Of a stretch of DNA of 64,000 bases, positions 41,185-51,791 are shown one piece after another. Every line of letters starts with the position of its first letter. Position 1 is the first letter of the stretch. The notes under the pieces are model-generated. The model was not told where the DNA came from. It searched no databases and saw nothing but the letters and a program-made list of their open reading frames with translations. Position numbers and translations under genes: made by a program. The stretch is from Blastocatellia bacterium (GTDB lineage Bacteria > Acidobacteriota > Blastocatellia > UBA7656): assembly GCA_963765495.1 (NCBI GenBank), contig CAVXWP010000014.1, positions 1 to 64,000 on the forward strand. Direction: 5' to 3'.

Positions 41185-42693
41185 TCACTTTCTTTGAGCC
41201 AGGCGACCGTAGAGCTTCCACCGGCTCTCGGTCGCTTGCGGGGCTGGAGCCTGCGATTGAGGTGTGCTCGATTTCGCGTGCAAAATGGCTGCTATTGCCG
41301 CGATGTCTTCTCGCTCCTGGGCGAGGTCGTCGGGCTTGGCGGCAGTCTCTTCCCGGTTCAGGAAACGATCAATGAATCCGGTGTCGAAATCACCCTGTCG
41401 AAACTGCTCGTCGCGGGTCACCCGGCGAAAGAAAGGCAGAGTAGTTTGTATGCCTTCTATCGCGTATTCATCCAGCGCGCGCGCCAGGCGATTTATTGCC
41501 GCCTCGCGCGTCTCGGCCCATACCGAGAGTTTTGAAAGCAACGAGTCGTAATAGACAGGCACTTCCCATCCTTCATAAATGCCGCTGTCTTCGCGTATGC
41601 CCGGACCCGCTGCAGGGCGCAATCCTGTGATGAGCCCCGGGCTTGGAAGGAAATTTTTATCCGGGTCTTCGGCATAGATTCGGCACTCGATGGCGGCCCC
41701 TCGCATAAGTATATCTTCCTGAGAAAAAGAGAGCCTTGCTCCATCGGCCACACGTATCTGTTCGTGAACAAGGTCGCGCCCCGTCACAAGCTCTGTAACC
41801 GGGTGCTCGACCTGAAGCCGTGTGTTCATTTCAAGAAAGTAGAAGTTGCGCTCCTGATCCACCAGAAACTCGATAGTGCCCGCATTTACATAACCCGAGG
41901 CGCGAGCGATTTTGACAGCGGCTTCGCCCATGCGCCTCCTCATATCCTCGTCGACTACAGGTGAAGGGCATTCCTCCAGGACTTTCTGATGACGGCGCTG
42001 GAGCGAGCATTCGCGCTCGCCCAGATAAACGACATTGCCTTCACTGTCACCAATCAGTTGAATCTCGATGTGGCGCGGGCGCTCGATATATTTTTCGATA
42101 TAGACGGCAGCGTTCTTAAAACTCGCGGCTGCTTCCGATTGCGCCATCGAAAATGCATTTGCCATCTCGTCTGCCGAGCGAACCAGCCGCATGCCGTGCC
42201 CGCCGCCGCCTGCCGCCGCTTTGAGCATGAGCGGGTAGCCGATTATGTCGGCCGAGGATCTGGCCTCATCTATTGACGCGAGCGGGGAAGTCGTTCCCGG
42301 CACTACGGGCGCGCCTGCCGCTTGAGCGGCCCGACGGGCGCTGGTTTTCGATCCCATAAGCTTCATCGCCGAGGCGGGAGGGCCTACCAGAACCAGACCG
42401 GCGCTTTCGACCGCTTCGGCAAACTCCGCATTCTCGGATAAGAACCCATATCCCGGATGAATCGCTTCGGCCCCTGTCCGTTTTGCCGCGTCTATTATCT
42501 TTTCGCTTACAAGATAGCTTTCGTTTGAGGGCGCGGGGCCTATATGAACCGCTTCATCCGAGACCCTGACGTGCAGAGAGGCCCGGTCTGCGTCGGAATA
42601 GACGGTCACGGGCGAAATGTGCATCTCGCGACACGCGCGCGCGATGCGAACGGCGATCTCTCCGCGATTTGCGATCAAGAGCTTCTTAAACAT
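41185..42693 (-). CDS. accC: Biotin carboxylase subunit of an acyl-CoA carboxylase
   Basis: LIANRGEIA, IHPGYGFLSEN, RECSLQRRHQK and FLEMNTRLQVEH. Confidence 0.9.
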   Translation of the reverse strand: MFKKLLIANRGEIAVRIARACREMHISPVTVYSDADRASLHVRVSDEAVHIGPAPSNESYLVSEKIIDAAKRTGAEAIHPGYGFLSENAEFAEAVESAGLVLVGPPASAMKLMGSKTSARRAAQAAGAPVVPGTTSPLASIDEARSSADIIGYPLMLKAAAGGGGHGMRLVRSADEMANAFSMAQSEAAASFKNAAVYIEKYIERPRHIEIQLIGDSEGNVVYLGERECSLQRRHQKVLEECPSPVVDEDMRRRMGEAAVKIARASGYVNAGTIEFLVDQERNFYFLEMNTRLQVEHPVTELVTGRDLVHEQIRVADGARLSFSQEDILMRGAAIECRIYAEDPDKNFLPSPGLITGLRPAAGPGIREDSGIYEGWEVPVYYDSLLSKLSVWAETREAAINRLARALDEYAIEGIQTTLPFFRRVTRDEQFRQGDFDTGFIDRFLNREETAAKPDDLAQEREDIAAIAAILHAKSSTPQSQAPAPQATESRWKLYGRLAQRK

Positions 42694-42831
42694 GATCCCT
42701 GATTGAATTGGGGCAGCGCGGCTGGCTGGCACCCCCATCCGGCGCTTGCGGCAGCCGACAGATAATTCAAAGGGCGGGCAACCTGCGCCCGCCCACGTAG
42801 CTAATAATACGATTATTCGCGCGCGAAAATC

Positions 42832-43554
42832 TCAACGCGGGGCAGCGCCCTGGACTATAGATCGTTTTACGACTTCGTCGCTTGGCAAAAATACGCCGTC
42901 GCGCATAATAATGTCGTCATCGGTTCCCATCTTTTCATCCGGGCCGGCCGAGCGTAATTCGAAATTGGCAATCGGTAAACTGGCTGTCGGAGACCTGTCT
43001 GCGATGGCTTCGGTATAACTGTGATACTCGATGGTATGCATCCAATAATCGGCGGGAAGCGATTCGTTTATAACCTTCCTGATGGCCAGGTCGTTAGGCG
43101 GGTACGAGCCGTATTTATGCTTATACGCTTCAAGAATATTTACCACATGATAAATACTTGCCTGAGTTGCCGCCGTCTGTTTTATCTGGCGGTTTTCCAG
43201 AAAACGTGGAATGTGAGCGACAGCGAAAGAGGCCGCCACCGCGCAGGCCGCTACCGAAACAACGAGCGTTGCCGTCGCCACCCTCAATCCGCCGTAGGCG
43301 GCAGGCTCGGATCTGGCGAGGCGCATTGCGCGTCGAGACGACCAGATTACGAGCACGCCCGCAAACGCAAGGTATTTTGTAATTATGAGCGCGCCCGCTA
43401 TGACGACGAGAAGCATCATTGTCGCCATCATCACCGGACCGAGACGCGGAACCTTGACGAGCGCCTCGTTTACGGGCTCGCCAACGAATCGCGCGCCGCA
43501 GGCACATTCAAACGCGGCGAGCGATATTTCATTACCACAACATGGGCACAACAT
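42832..43554 (-). CDS. Membrane protein with N-terminal Cys cluster and GspG-like C-terminal domain
   Basis: CPCC...CAC, 2-3 TM helices, YKHKYGSYP and FELRSAGPDEKMGTDDDI. Confidence 0.65.
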   Translation of the reverse strand: MLCPCCGNEISLAAFECACGARFVGEPVNEALVKVPRLGPVMMATMMLLVVIAGALIITKYLAFAGVLVIWSSRRAMRLARSEPAAYGGLRVATATLVVSVAACAVAASFAVAHIPRFLENRQIKQTAATQASIYHVVNILEAYKHKYGSYPPNDLAIRKVINESLPADYWMHTIEYHSYTEAIADRSPTASLPIANFELRSAGPDEKMGTDDDIIMRDGVFLPSDEVVKRSIVQGAAPR

Positions 43555-43576
43555 CAAAAATAGCTCCTATCGTTTT

Positions 43577-44287
43577 TCAATTCTGAACGGAATAATCCGC
43601 TCTTACGAGCTTTTCACTGGCGGCTGCGTTTTCGCGTCTGGCGCGTAATGCTTCGACCGCCTGACGGTCAGTCTCTCTCAATTCGTGCCACGTATGATAT
43701 ATCCTGTGGACAACGGTCCAGTGCGATAAAACGGCCAGCACCCATAAGACCTGTGGCATTTTGTACAGGAACGGGTTCGACGGCGGGCCCATCATGGTAA
43801 GCGACCCGATTATCAACAACACAAGGCGCTCCGGTCTCTCCAGAAAACCTACCTTGCAGGCGATGTCGAGCGATTCGGCCCGCGCGCGCGAATAACTGAC
43901 CAGTACCGACCCGACCAGCGCAAGTCCTGTAAGGGTGACAAGCAAAATCGAATGATCCTTGGTCGCACGCGCGTAAAAGAGCATGATCCCAAGATAGACC
44001 ACGATGTCGGAATAGCGGTCAAGCACTGAATCAAAGAACGCGCCGAACCGGGTTACACGCCCTCTGCGGCGCGCTACCTGGCCGTCCAACATATCAAACA
44101 GGGCAGCGAAGATCAACAACGACCCGCCCGCGACAAACCTGCCGTAGCCATATAAAAATGCGCAACCGATGTTTATCACCAATCCGATAAAGGTCAGCGC
44201 ATTCGGATTTGCACGGCTGCGCGCAAGCGGGCGCACAATGGCATCCAGTATTTTTTTGCTCCCTACTCCGATGGCATCACTGATCAT
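43577..44287 (-). CDS. CDP-alcohol phosphatidyltransferase
   Basis: PNALT and the signature DMLDGQVARRRGRVTRFGAFFDSVLDR. Confidence 0.92.
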   Translation of the reverse strand: MISDAIGVGSKKILDAIVRPLARSRANPNALTFIGLVINIGCAFLYGYGRFVAGGSLLIFAALFDMLDGQVARRRGRVTRFGAFFDSVLDRYSDIVVYLGIMLFYARATKDHSILLVTLTGLALVGSVLVSYSRARAESLDIACKVGFLERPERLVLLIIGSLTMMGPPSNPFLYKMPQVLWVLAVLSHWTVVHRIYHTWHELRETDRQAVEALRARRENAAASEKLVRADYSVQN

Positions 44288-44461
44288 TCAGGCCTCCAAA
44301 GCACTGCCCAATACGCGCCACCGACGCGCTAATATTGCAAACGCTCACGCCTGTTGTCAAGGAATTGATGCGTGATCGCCGATGCGTGACTTTCAGATAG
44401 ATGACTTTCGATTGGAAATTGCCGGCTTCCGGGTCGCGCATCATCGATCACGCACCACGGA

Positions 44462-44935
44462 TTACTTCTCAGAATCGTGAATGGTTATAAGCTTTATTAT
44501 CTCGAACCGGCGTTTCCCGGAGGGAATTACTATCTCTACTTCGTCGCCTTCTTTCTTTCCCATCAGTCCACGTCCAACAGGGGAGGTCGTGCTTATCTTT
44601 CCCATCGCGGCGTCTGCATCTTCGGCCATCACGAGTTTGTAGGTGATCTCGTCGCCCGCATCCACATCGTACAGCATCACAGTGGAACCGTAGGCTATGC
44701 GATCTTTTGGCAGCCGTGAGGTGTCTATCATGGAGAGGTCCGCCATGCGTTGCCGCAAATTGGCAATGCGGGCGCGAACATAGTCCTGGCGATTGCGCGC
44801 CGCTTCATACTCCGCATTCTCAGAGAGATCCCCCATGGCGACGGCTTTCTTAAGCTCCTGGGGAATTTCGGTTCTCAGTTCTGCCTCAAGCTGACGTAGC
44901 TCTTCCTGTATTTTCTGTCTTATTTCTTCCGACAT
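44462..44935 (-). CDS. greA: Transcription elongation factor GreA
   Basis: GDLSENAEYEAAR and ISTTSPVGRGLMGK. Confidence 0.92.
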   Translation of the reverse strand: MSEEIRQKIQEELRQLEAELRTEIPQELKKAVAMGDLSENAEYEAARNRQDYVRARIANLRQRMADLSMIDTSRLPKDRIAYGSTVMLYDVDAGDEITYKLVMAEDADAAMGKISTTSPVGRGLMGKKEGDEVEIVIPSGKRRFEIIKLITIHDSEK

Positions 44936-45567
44936 ATCATCACAAGCCGAGAGTTATCTGATTCGGCATCCTCCATCTCAAAAACAGTAATAAAGCGTTT
45001 CGCTCATCGCACCAGACCGGAAGCCTTACGGTTCCGGCTGCGGGTCGTGTCGGGCATCTTCGGTTGCCACACCAGACACAAAGCGGTTCCTCATATCTCG
45101 ATAGAGTTTATATCGCCTCGCATCATCATCACAAGTAAACTTTTTCGGCTCTCCCTCTTCGCAAAATCGAGACACATAATAAACCGCCCGGCATTTTCCC
45201 GGTTCTGATTCCGAAGCGAACAGTTCAACAAGCCGATTGATCAGCGTATCATTCCGCCGTTTTTGTCGCATCAGAGGTAGAAAACTATTGCCGAATGCCG
45301 GAGAGCATCTATCATGAAATCAGAGATTGGTATTGCTGAGATGAACGAGGAACGCAAGCCACGGATGTATGTGTGGTGACCATAGATTGAGAGCGCCTGA
45401 TGATTGGCATCATCCGCGCTGGCTCTGCACGTCCCGGTCAATCGATGGGTTGTGGTTCCCCGGTCCCTATTATAGATGTCCCGATCTTCTGCGATTCGAT
45501 ATTGAATCGCGCGAAGATTGATGGGCGGAGCGCGATGCTTCTGCTTGTCTGTTTGGAGGAGGGTAAT

Positions 45568-46032
45568 ATGCTTATGACAAGGCAAATGGCCGATGCAATG
45601 GGAGCGCCCGCAGTTCAGGTGGCCCCGGTTGCCGGCAGGCAAGATATAAAACAACTTCGAAACGAAATGATTTCGCTTCGAAGGCAACGGCGAAAACTGG
45701 AACGCGATGCAAAGGCCCGGATTCGGCAAAACATCTTTCTTCTGGTCCTGATCTTTATTCCCGCGGCTTTTACTTCTTTTATCTTCATGGCAAATATCAC
45801 TCGCACAAGCCAGTTTCAAAGCCGGGCCGGTATCGTAGCGGTTCTGGCCGAGTTGATAATCGTGGTGATTTATGAAGTGCGCTGGCGGAGGCGAATCAAT
45901 AAGAAAATGTTTGACGATTTGCAGACGCTTGATTCAAAGCTGTCGGAGGTCACGCAGGAAATTTCCGCCCGAAGGGCCAATGAGCAAGATGCAAAAAGCG
46001 AGGCGGTAACCCTGAATTCACGACAGGGTTGA
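45568..46032 (+). CDS. Hypothetical 2-TM protein with coiled-coil flanks
   Basis: GGAGGAGG RBS before the ATG at 45568, and two hydrophobic segments. Confidence 0.6.
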   Translation: MLMTRQMADAMGAPAVQVAPVAGRQDIKQLRNEMISLRRQRRKLERDAKARIRQNIFLLVLIFIPAAFTSFIFMANITRTSQFQSRAGIVAVLAELIIVVIYEVRWRRRINKKMFDDLQTLDSKLSEVTQEISARRANEQDAKSEAVTLNSRQG

Positions 46033-46240
46033 GCGCTAAGGGTCAGGCTTTGCCTGGATCGAATCTCCTCAAATAGCAATATCTGTTCAATGCCGCCGGG
46101 AAAGATCAGCATTGTCATAATGACCTGATGGGTGCGGGCGGACAAACCTTGTCAGCGTTTATCCGCCTCGCACCACACGTGTTACGTCAATAAGTAGTAT
46201 CCGTCTTTATACGCCTCTCATCCGTAATTCCAGGCGGTTG

Positions 46241-46702
46241 TCAAGAGACGGAGAAATTAGCCGTTTTCTGATCCTTTTGCGTGCCGTCGCTATCCATCAT
46301 AAAGACTTCGATCTTGTATTTGCCCGGTGGCCACCCGGTCGCCGGCGCTGAGAAGGTGAAAGTTGCCTCGCCGCTGTCGGTCATATCCAGCGTCTTTTCA
46401 GCGCCCGGAACCGGCCCGCTCTCTTCGCCTTCGACATTATCAATGACCAGACGCCCCTTTACCTTGACCGCGCTCGGGACATCTGAAATCTCCGCGACAG
46501 CATAGACCGTATCGTTCGACTTGAAGTTACTGGTCGGCTGGCTGACGCTTTTGTCTGTCCCCAATTTCAGGTCGCTTATATTGGCCGTCGTGACGCTGAA
46601 ATGACAGGCGGGGGCAACAACGAGCAGGAGGCCGAGGCTCAGTGTGAAATACCATCTCATTGTTTGCATTCTCTTTTTTCTCCTCTGAGTTGTCGGTTCC
46701 AT
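46241..46702 (-). CDS. Hypothetical lipoprotein, Ig-like beta-sandwich
   Basis: Lipobox-like APAC and GWPPGKYKIEV. Confidence 0.7.
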   Translation of the reverse strand: MEPTTQRRKKRMQTMRWYFTLSLGLLLVVAPACHFSVTTANISDLKLGTDKSVSQPTSNFKSNDTVYAVAEISDVPSAVKVKGRLVIDNVEGEESGPVPGAEKTLDMTDSGEATFTFSAPATGWPPGKYKIEVFMMDSDGTQKDQKTANFSVS

Positions 46703-46705
46703 AAA

Positions 46706-47149
46706 CTACTTCACAAAATGCTCAATAAAGTCATTGATCATTTCGTGAAGTATGTTGTTAAGGGCGTCGAGCGTGTCTACGTCGCGATCCTCGTCCCAGT
46801 CACCACATCCGGTCGAGATGTGCCAACCCTCGTCGTCGTCATCTACGTCAATTTTGATGTGCAGTTCAAGAATGTCCACACCATCGGCGTTGACGACCGC
46901 GAAATGCGCGGCTTCGAGCCACCCCTCGATAATCTCTTCAATCGATTCGGTCGTGTATTCGTCAATCTCGCCATGAATTTCGACGGTGATGTCCACGCGC
47001 TTTTCGTCGTTGCGGAAATGCAGGGTGTTTGATGGCGCGCGTTTCGGCGTCGCCGCCAGTGTCCTGGCAGCGAAGCAAGGGAACAGGATCAGCGCGACGA
47101 GCGCCAGTTCCATAATAGTCTTTCGTGCAATTTCAAATGTTCTCTTCAT
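46706..47149 (-). CDS. Hypothetical secreted acidic protein
   Basis: Signal peptide, D/E-rich mature part and a good RBS. Confidence 0.6.
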   Translation of the reverse strand: MKRTFEIARKTIMELALVALILFPCFAARTLAATPKRAPSNTLHFRNDEKRVDITVEIHGEIDEYTTESIEEIIEGWLEAAHFAVVNADGVDILELHIKIDVDDDDEGWHISTGCGDWDEDRDVDTLDALNNILHEMINDFIEHFVK

Positions 47150-47457
47150 CGTTCTTCCTTTCTCCATTCTGATTATTATTTAGATGTAAAGTCTGTCGTA
47201 TTCGAGGGGATTCCGAGCAATCCTGAAAGGCAGGGTCCGTTGACGAGAGCAATACATCCTATCCACACGAGCAGGCAGCAGACTCTGCGCGATTGGAGCC
47301 CTGCGATAGCTCTCATTAGATAAGGGGGAATTGGCGCGCAAAAGTGTTCACAATATGAAAAAAATTTCGAGCAAACATAGTTCTAGCTGAAATTGTACTT
47401 GTGTGCTAGATTTAGGCAGTATTTGCTTGGGCGTACACCGCAGCAAAGCGAAGAAGT

Positions 47458-48030
47458 ATGGGAGCCTCTACGCCGCCTAATATCACCCAATTGCTGGTCG
47501 CCTGGAATCAGGGAGACCAGGACGCGTTGGCGCAATTAACGCCGCTGGTATATCGCGAACTCCACCGGCTGGCGCATGGCTATCTGGCTGGCGAGCGGCA
47601 CGGGCACGTTTTGCAAACCACGGCGCTGGTAAACGAGGCATTTGTGCGGCTGATTGATTGGCAGCAGGTCGAATGGCAGAACCGCGCCCATTTTTTCGGC
47701 GTCTCGGCGACGCTGATGCGGCACATTCTGGTGCAATTTGCGCGTGAGCAGCAGGCGGCGAAACGTGGCGGTAAGGCGATCCAGGTATCCCTGTCGGCCG
47801 CCGCCAGTGACAGCACCCGGCACAACCCCGATCTGGTGGCCTTGGATGACGCGCTGGCCGCTCTTGAAAAACTCGATCAGCGTCAGGCCCGCATCGTTGA
47901 GTTGCGTTTCTTCGGCGGCTTAAGCCTTGAGGAGACGGCCGAGGTGGTGCGGGTATCGGTCAGCACCGTGCGCCGCGACTGGCGCATGGCACAAGCCTGG
48001 TTACATCAGCAATTGAGCCAAACGGCATGA
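47458..48030 (+). CDS. ECF sigma factor, kinase-associated type (TIGR02999-like)
   Basis: LQTTALVNEAF, WQNRAHFFG, ELRFFGGLS and STVRRDW. ATGA overlap with the kinase gene. Confidence 0.9.
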   Translation: MGASTPPNITQLLVAWNQGDQDALAQLTPLVYRELHRLAHGYLAGERHGHVLQTTALVNEAFVRLIDWQQVEWQNRAHFFGVSATLMRHILVQFAREQQAAKRGGKAIQVSLSAAASDSTRHNPDLVALDDALAALEKLDQRQARIVELRFFGGLSLEETAEVVRVSVSTVRRDWRMAQAWLHQQLSQTA

Positions 48031-51000
48031 CGCCTGAACGCTATCAACACATTGGCAGGCTGTTTGATGAGGCACTCGAACACGCGCCGGAAACGCGCGG
48101 CGCGTATCTGGATCAGGCTTGCGGTGCAGATGCCGGATTGCGCGCCGAGGTCGAAAGCCTGCTGGCCAATCATTTCGAATCCGAGGAATTTCTCTCCCGC
48201 CCGGCACTGGACGTAGCCGCCGCGTTGCTCGCGCAAGATCAACACGCCTCTCTGTCGGGCCAGACTCTTGGTCACTATCGCATTCTTGCCCTGCTCGGAG
48301 CGGGCGGCATGGGTGAAGTCTATCTCGCCGAAGACACACGCCTGCGCCGTAAAGTTGCCATAAAAGTCCTGCCACGAACTATCGCTCGGGATGCGGATGG
48401 TTTGCGCCGTTTTGAACAGGAGGCGTTTGCCGCGTCCGCACTGAACCATCCGAATATTTTGACTATTTTCGAGTTTGGCGCCGAAGGCGATATCCATTTC
48501 CTCGCTTCCGAATTCGTTCAGGGCGAAACTCTGCGCGCCAGACTCCAGCGCGAACGCCCGAGCTTATCCGAAACACTCGGCCTCATCATCCAAATCGCTT
48601 CCGCCCTGCATGCGGCACACGAAGCAGGCATAATCCACCGTGACATCAAGCCCGAAAACATAATGGTGCGGCCTGATGGCATCATCAAAGTCCTTGACTT
48701 TGGTCTCGCCAAGCTTACCGAATCACCGGCGTCCTTCGTTGATATGGAGACGACCCCGGCAGCCAGAATGAACACAAAAGCCGGAGTCGTGATGGGCACG
48801 ACCGCGTATATGTCACCGGAGCAGGCGCGAGGGTTGGGAGTTGATGTTCGGACCGATATCTTTAGTTTGGGCGTGGTGCTCTATGAGATGGTAGCCGGCT
48901 GCGCTCCCTTTGAAGGGCCAAGCGCCAGTGATGTGATTGCCTCGATTCTGACTCAGGCTCCGCCGCCAGTTTCACACTACTCGCCAGCCGTGCCCGCCGA
49001 ACTGGAGCGGATCATCGGCAAAGCCTTGGAGAAGGTTCGGGAGGACCGCTTTCAAGTTGTGAAAGACTTGCTGGTTGATTTGAAGCGGTTCAAGCAACGA
49101 CAGGCGTTTGAAGCAGAATTAGTGCGCTCGGGTGCGTCAGGCGAAAAAGATGCAGCCGTGGTGGCTGAAAGCGGGTCGGAGGCGACAGAGACGGCCCGCC
49201 CGCTTTCAGCCCACCCGCAGGCGACTTACAGCACGGAGGCGGAAACTGTTCGCAGAACCACCCGCATGGCGAACCTGTTTGGCGCGACAAAACGGCACAA
49301 ACAGATAGCGGCACTGGTTGGCCTGCTCGTGGCGGGGGCGGGTCTCATCTTCTGGCTCTCTCCATTTGGCCGGCACCGGGCTCCCCTGCAGAGTGCGACC
49401 GCGAGAATCATTCCCTTCACTACCTTTTCGGGCACGGCTGATCAACCCGCTTTCTCGCCGGACGGTAATGAGATCGCTTTTACCTGGGACGGCGGCAACG
49501 GCGACAACCTGGACATCTATATAAAACTGATCAGCGTCGGCACACCGCTGCGGCTGACGACAGACCCGGCCGAGGACATCAGTCCGGCCTGGTCACCTGA
49601 CGGGCGCTACCTGGCCTTTCTTCGGCGCTCGGCCAGTGAGAACGGCATCTTTATTGTCCCTGCTCTTGGCGGAGCCGAGCGTAAAGTTGGCAAGACCGAA
49701 CCGGAGTTGTCCAGACTGGCCTGGTCCCCGGATGGGCAGTTCCTGGCCATAGTGGATCGAACTTCACCCGACGAGCGCCAGAGCATTTTTTTACTCTCCG
49801 TGGAAAATGGCGAAAAGCAAAGACTGACCTCGCCTCCCGAGTTATCGGCCGATAATTCCCCGGTCTTCTCGCCCGACGGTAAGTACCTGGCTTTTATCCG
49901 TTCTGGCAGCCTTAGCTCCGAAGATGTCTATCTCATCTCGATTGAGGGCGGCAAACTTCGGCGAATCACGGCCGATGATAAGCGGGTACACAGCCTGACG
50001 TGGACAGCCGACAGTCGTGAAATCGTCTTCTCGTCGAATCGGGGCGGCGGCTTCAGTTTGTGGCGGGTAGCGGTCCCCGGCGGGACACCTGAGTGGGTCG
50101 CCGCCATCGGACAGAATGCCTACTCACCGGCGATCTCTCGTCAGGGCAATCGCCTGGCTTACAACGTCTCATTCTTAGACTCTAATATCTGGCGTCTTGA
50201 TCGTTCCGGCATCACTGGTCAGGCCGCCTCGGGTCGCCAGAACTCGCCGGTCAAATTGATCACTTCCACCCGGCAGGACCATAGTCCGCAATACTCTCCC
50301 GATGGCAAAAAGATTGTCTTTGTCTCGGACCGCTCCGGCAGCGATGAGATATGGGTGTGCGATGGCGACGGCTCTCATCCCGTACAACTGACTTTCTTTG
50401 ACGGTCCGCTCAGTGGGACGCCTCGTTGGTCTCCTGATGGCCGGCAGATAGTTTTCGATGCGCGGCCCGCCGGCAATTCCGACATTTACGTGATGAGCGC
50501 CGAAGGTGGCAACCCACACCCTCTCACCCAGGAGCCTTCCCACGATGTGATGCCTAGCTGGTCGCGAAATGGGCGCTGGATATACTTCTGCTCCAATCGC
50601 AGCGGCTCTTTCCAGATCTGGAAAATGTCGTCCGTCGGTGGGGAAGCCGTACAGGTGACGCAGCAAGGCGGATTTGAAGCCTTTGAATCACCAGATGGCA
50701 AGCTGCTCTACTACACGAAAGGCCGCACCCCCGGCGACATATGGCAAATGCCGGTCGCGGGCGGCGAGGAGAGGCAAGTGCCGGAACTGCTCAATGCCGG
50801 ATATCGACGTTATTGGACCCTGGCGGATGAAGGCATCTATTTCGCCTCGCCTCTGACATCAAATCGCACCGCGATCAAATTCTTTAGCTTTGCCACGCAC
50901 AGGATAGTAAAGATAGGGGTGCTTGAGAAAGACCCGCTCCAGGGACCGCCCGGATTGACTGTCTCTCCTGATGGCCGATGGATTTTGTACGCGCAAACGG

Positions 51001-51044
51001 ATCAAAGCATCAGTGATATTATGCTGGTCGAGAATTTTCGTTGA
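48027..51044 (+). CDS. Membrane Ser/Thr protein kinase with extracytoplasmic TolB-like (PD40) beta-propeller
   Basis: GAGGMGEV, VAIK, HRDIKPEN, DFG and YMSPE, then a TM helix and many SPDG repeats. Confidence 0.93.
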   Translation: MTPERYQHIGRLFDEALEHAPETRGAYLDQACGADAGLRAEVESLLANHFESEEFLSRPALDVAAALLAQDQHASLSGQTLGHYRILALLGAGGMGEVYLAEDTRLRRKVAIKVLPRTIARDADGLRRFEQEAFAASALNHPNILTIFEFGAEGDIHFLASEFVQGETLRARLQRERPSLSETLGLIIQIASALHAAHEAGIIHRDIKPENIMVRPDGIIKVLDFGLAKLTESPASFVDMETTPAARMNTKAGVVMGTTAYMSPEQARGLGVDVRTDIFSLGVVLYEMVAGCAPFEGPSASDVIASILTQAPPPVSHYSPAVPAELERIIGKALEKVREDRFQVVKDLLVDLKRFKQRQAFEAELVRSGASGEKDAAVVAESGSEATETARPLSAHPQATYSTEAETVRRTTRMANLFGATKRHKQIAALVGLLVAGAGLIFWLSPFGRHRAPLQSATARIIPFTTFSGTADQPAFSPDGNEIAFTWDGGNGDNLDIYIKLISVGTPLRLTTDPAEDISPAWSPDGRYLAFLRRSASENGIFIVPALGGAERKVGKTEPELSRLAWSPDGQFLAIVDRTSPDERQSIFLLSVENGEKQRLTSPPELSADNSPVFSPDGKYLAFIRSGSLSSEDVYLISIEGGKLRRITADDKRVHSLTWTADSREIVFSSNRGGGFSLWRVAVPGGTPEWVAAIGQNAYSPAISRQGNRLAYNVSFLDSNIWRLDRSGITGQAASGRQNSPVKLITSTRQDHSPQYSPDGKKIVFVSDRSGSDEIWVCDGDGSHPVQLTFFDGPLSGTPRWSPDGRQIVFDARPAGNSDIYVMSAEGGNPHPLTQEPSHDVMPSWSRNGRWIYFCSNRSGSFQIWKMSSVGGEAVQVTQQGGFEAFESPDGKLLYYTKGRTPGDIWQMPVAGGEERQVPELLNAGYRRYWTLADEGIYFASPLTSNRTAIKFFSFATHRIVKIGVLEKDPLQGPPGLTVSPDGRWILYAQTDQSISDIMLVENFR

Positions 51045-51218
51045 ATTTTTTAGACAGGATTAGGTTCTGTTGACATTTCATTTTACGAGTCGCGTCAATC
51101 TGTTGAATCTGGGCTGTTTCAGCGGATTCAGAGCATTTTGGCGATCACAAAGCTAATCGTTTAGTTTCAGAATCTTATGAGCGAATGTCAACAGAACCTG
51201 ATACTCAAGGATTTCAGG

Positions 51219-51791
51219 CTAGGCCTTGCGTATGCTGTCTACCATCTTATTGAAGGCGGCCTGATTTTTCTCCCATGTTTGCGGGTCTGCAAAGCCGACT
51301 ATCAATACAGGCTTTTTGGCATCGAGCAGTGTAAAACTCCATTCGATTTTCTGGCCCTCTATTATCCCTGTGCCGGTGTTTGTGACCGTGGACATGCCGT
51401 TGAGGTTGCCTTCTTTTGCCTCTCCGTTAAATTCGGGGTTCTTGATTATCTTGTCGAGTTCCTCGGTTATGGCATCTACGGCCTTATCCCAATCCTCTTC
51501 GGTGCTGACCGAAAAGACTATGGCCACGCCGTTATCCGGGGAATTTACCACAAGGGTGTCGCCATCCTGCTTTTTTTGCCATCCTGCGGGCAGATCGAAC
51601 TGAATGCCGGCTTCCGTATGTGTCAGGGTCTCGGGCTGGCTCGGAGCCGCCACAGTCTTTACGGCCGGGGCCGTATTGGTGTTTGCGTCCGCGCTGTTTG
51701 TGCTTCCAGAGTACTTCACTGTGCAAGCACTAAAGAACGCGCAGATACTCAATAGCGTTATTGCTGCAATCATCGATTTACTGATCTTCAT
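51219..51791 (-). CDS. Hypothetical lipoprotein (PsbP-like pattern)
   Basis: Lipobox FSAC, GIQFDLPAGW and C-terminal FNKMVDSI. Confidence 0.7.
   Translation of the reverse strand: MKISKSMIAAITLLSICAFFSACTVKYSGSTNSADANTNTAPAVKTVAAPSQPETLTHTEAGIQFDLPAGWQKKQDGDTLVVNSPDNGVAIVFSVSTEEDWDKAVDAITEELDKIIKNPEFNGEAKEGNLNGMSTVTNTGTGIIEGQKIEWSFTLLDAKKPVLIVGFADPQTWEKNQAAFNKMVDSIRKA

Noticed and set aside
45026-45271. 81 aa minus-strand ORF upstream of greA
   Set aside because: No clear RBS or motif, so it cannot be supported as coding
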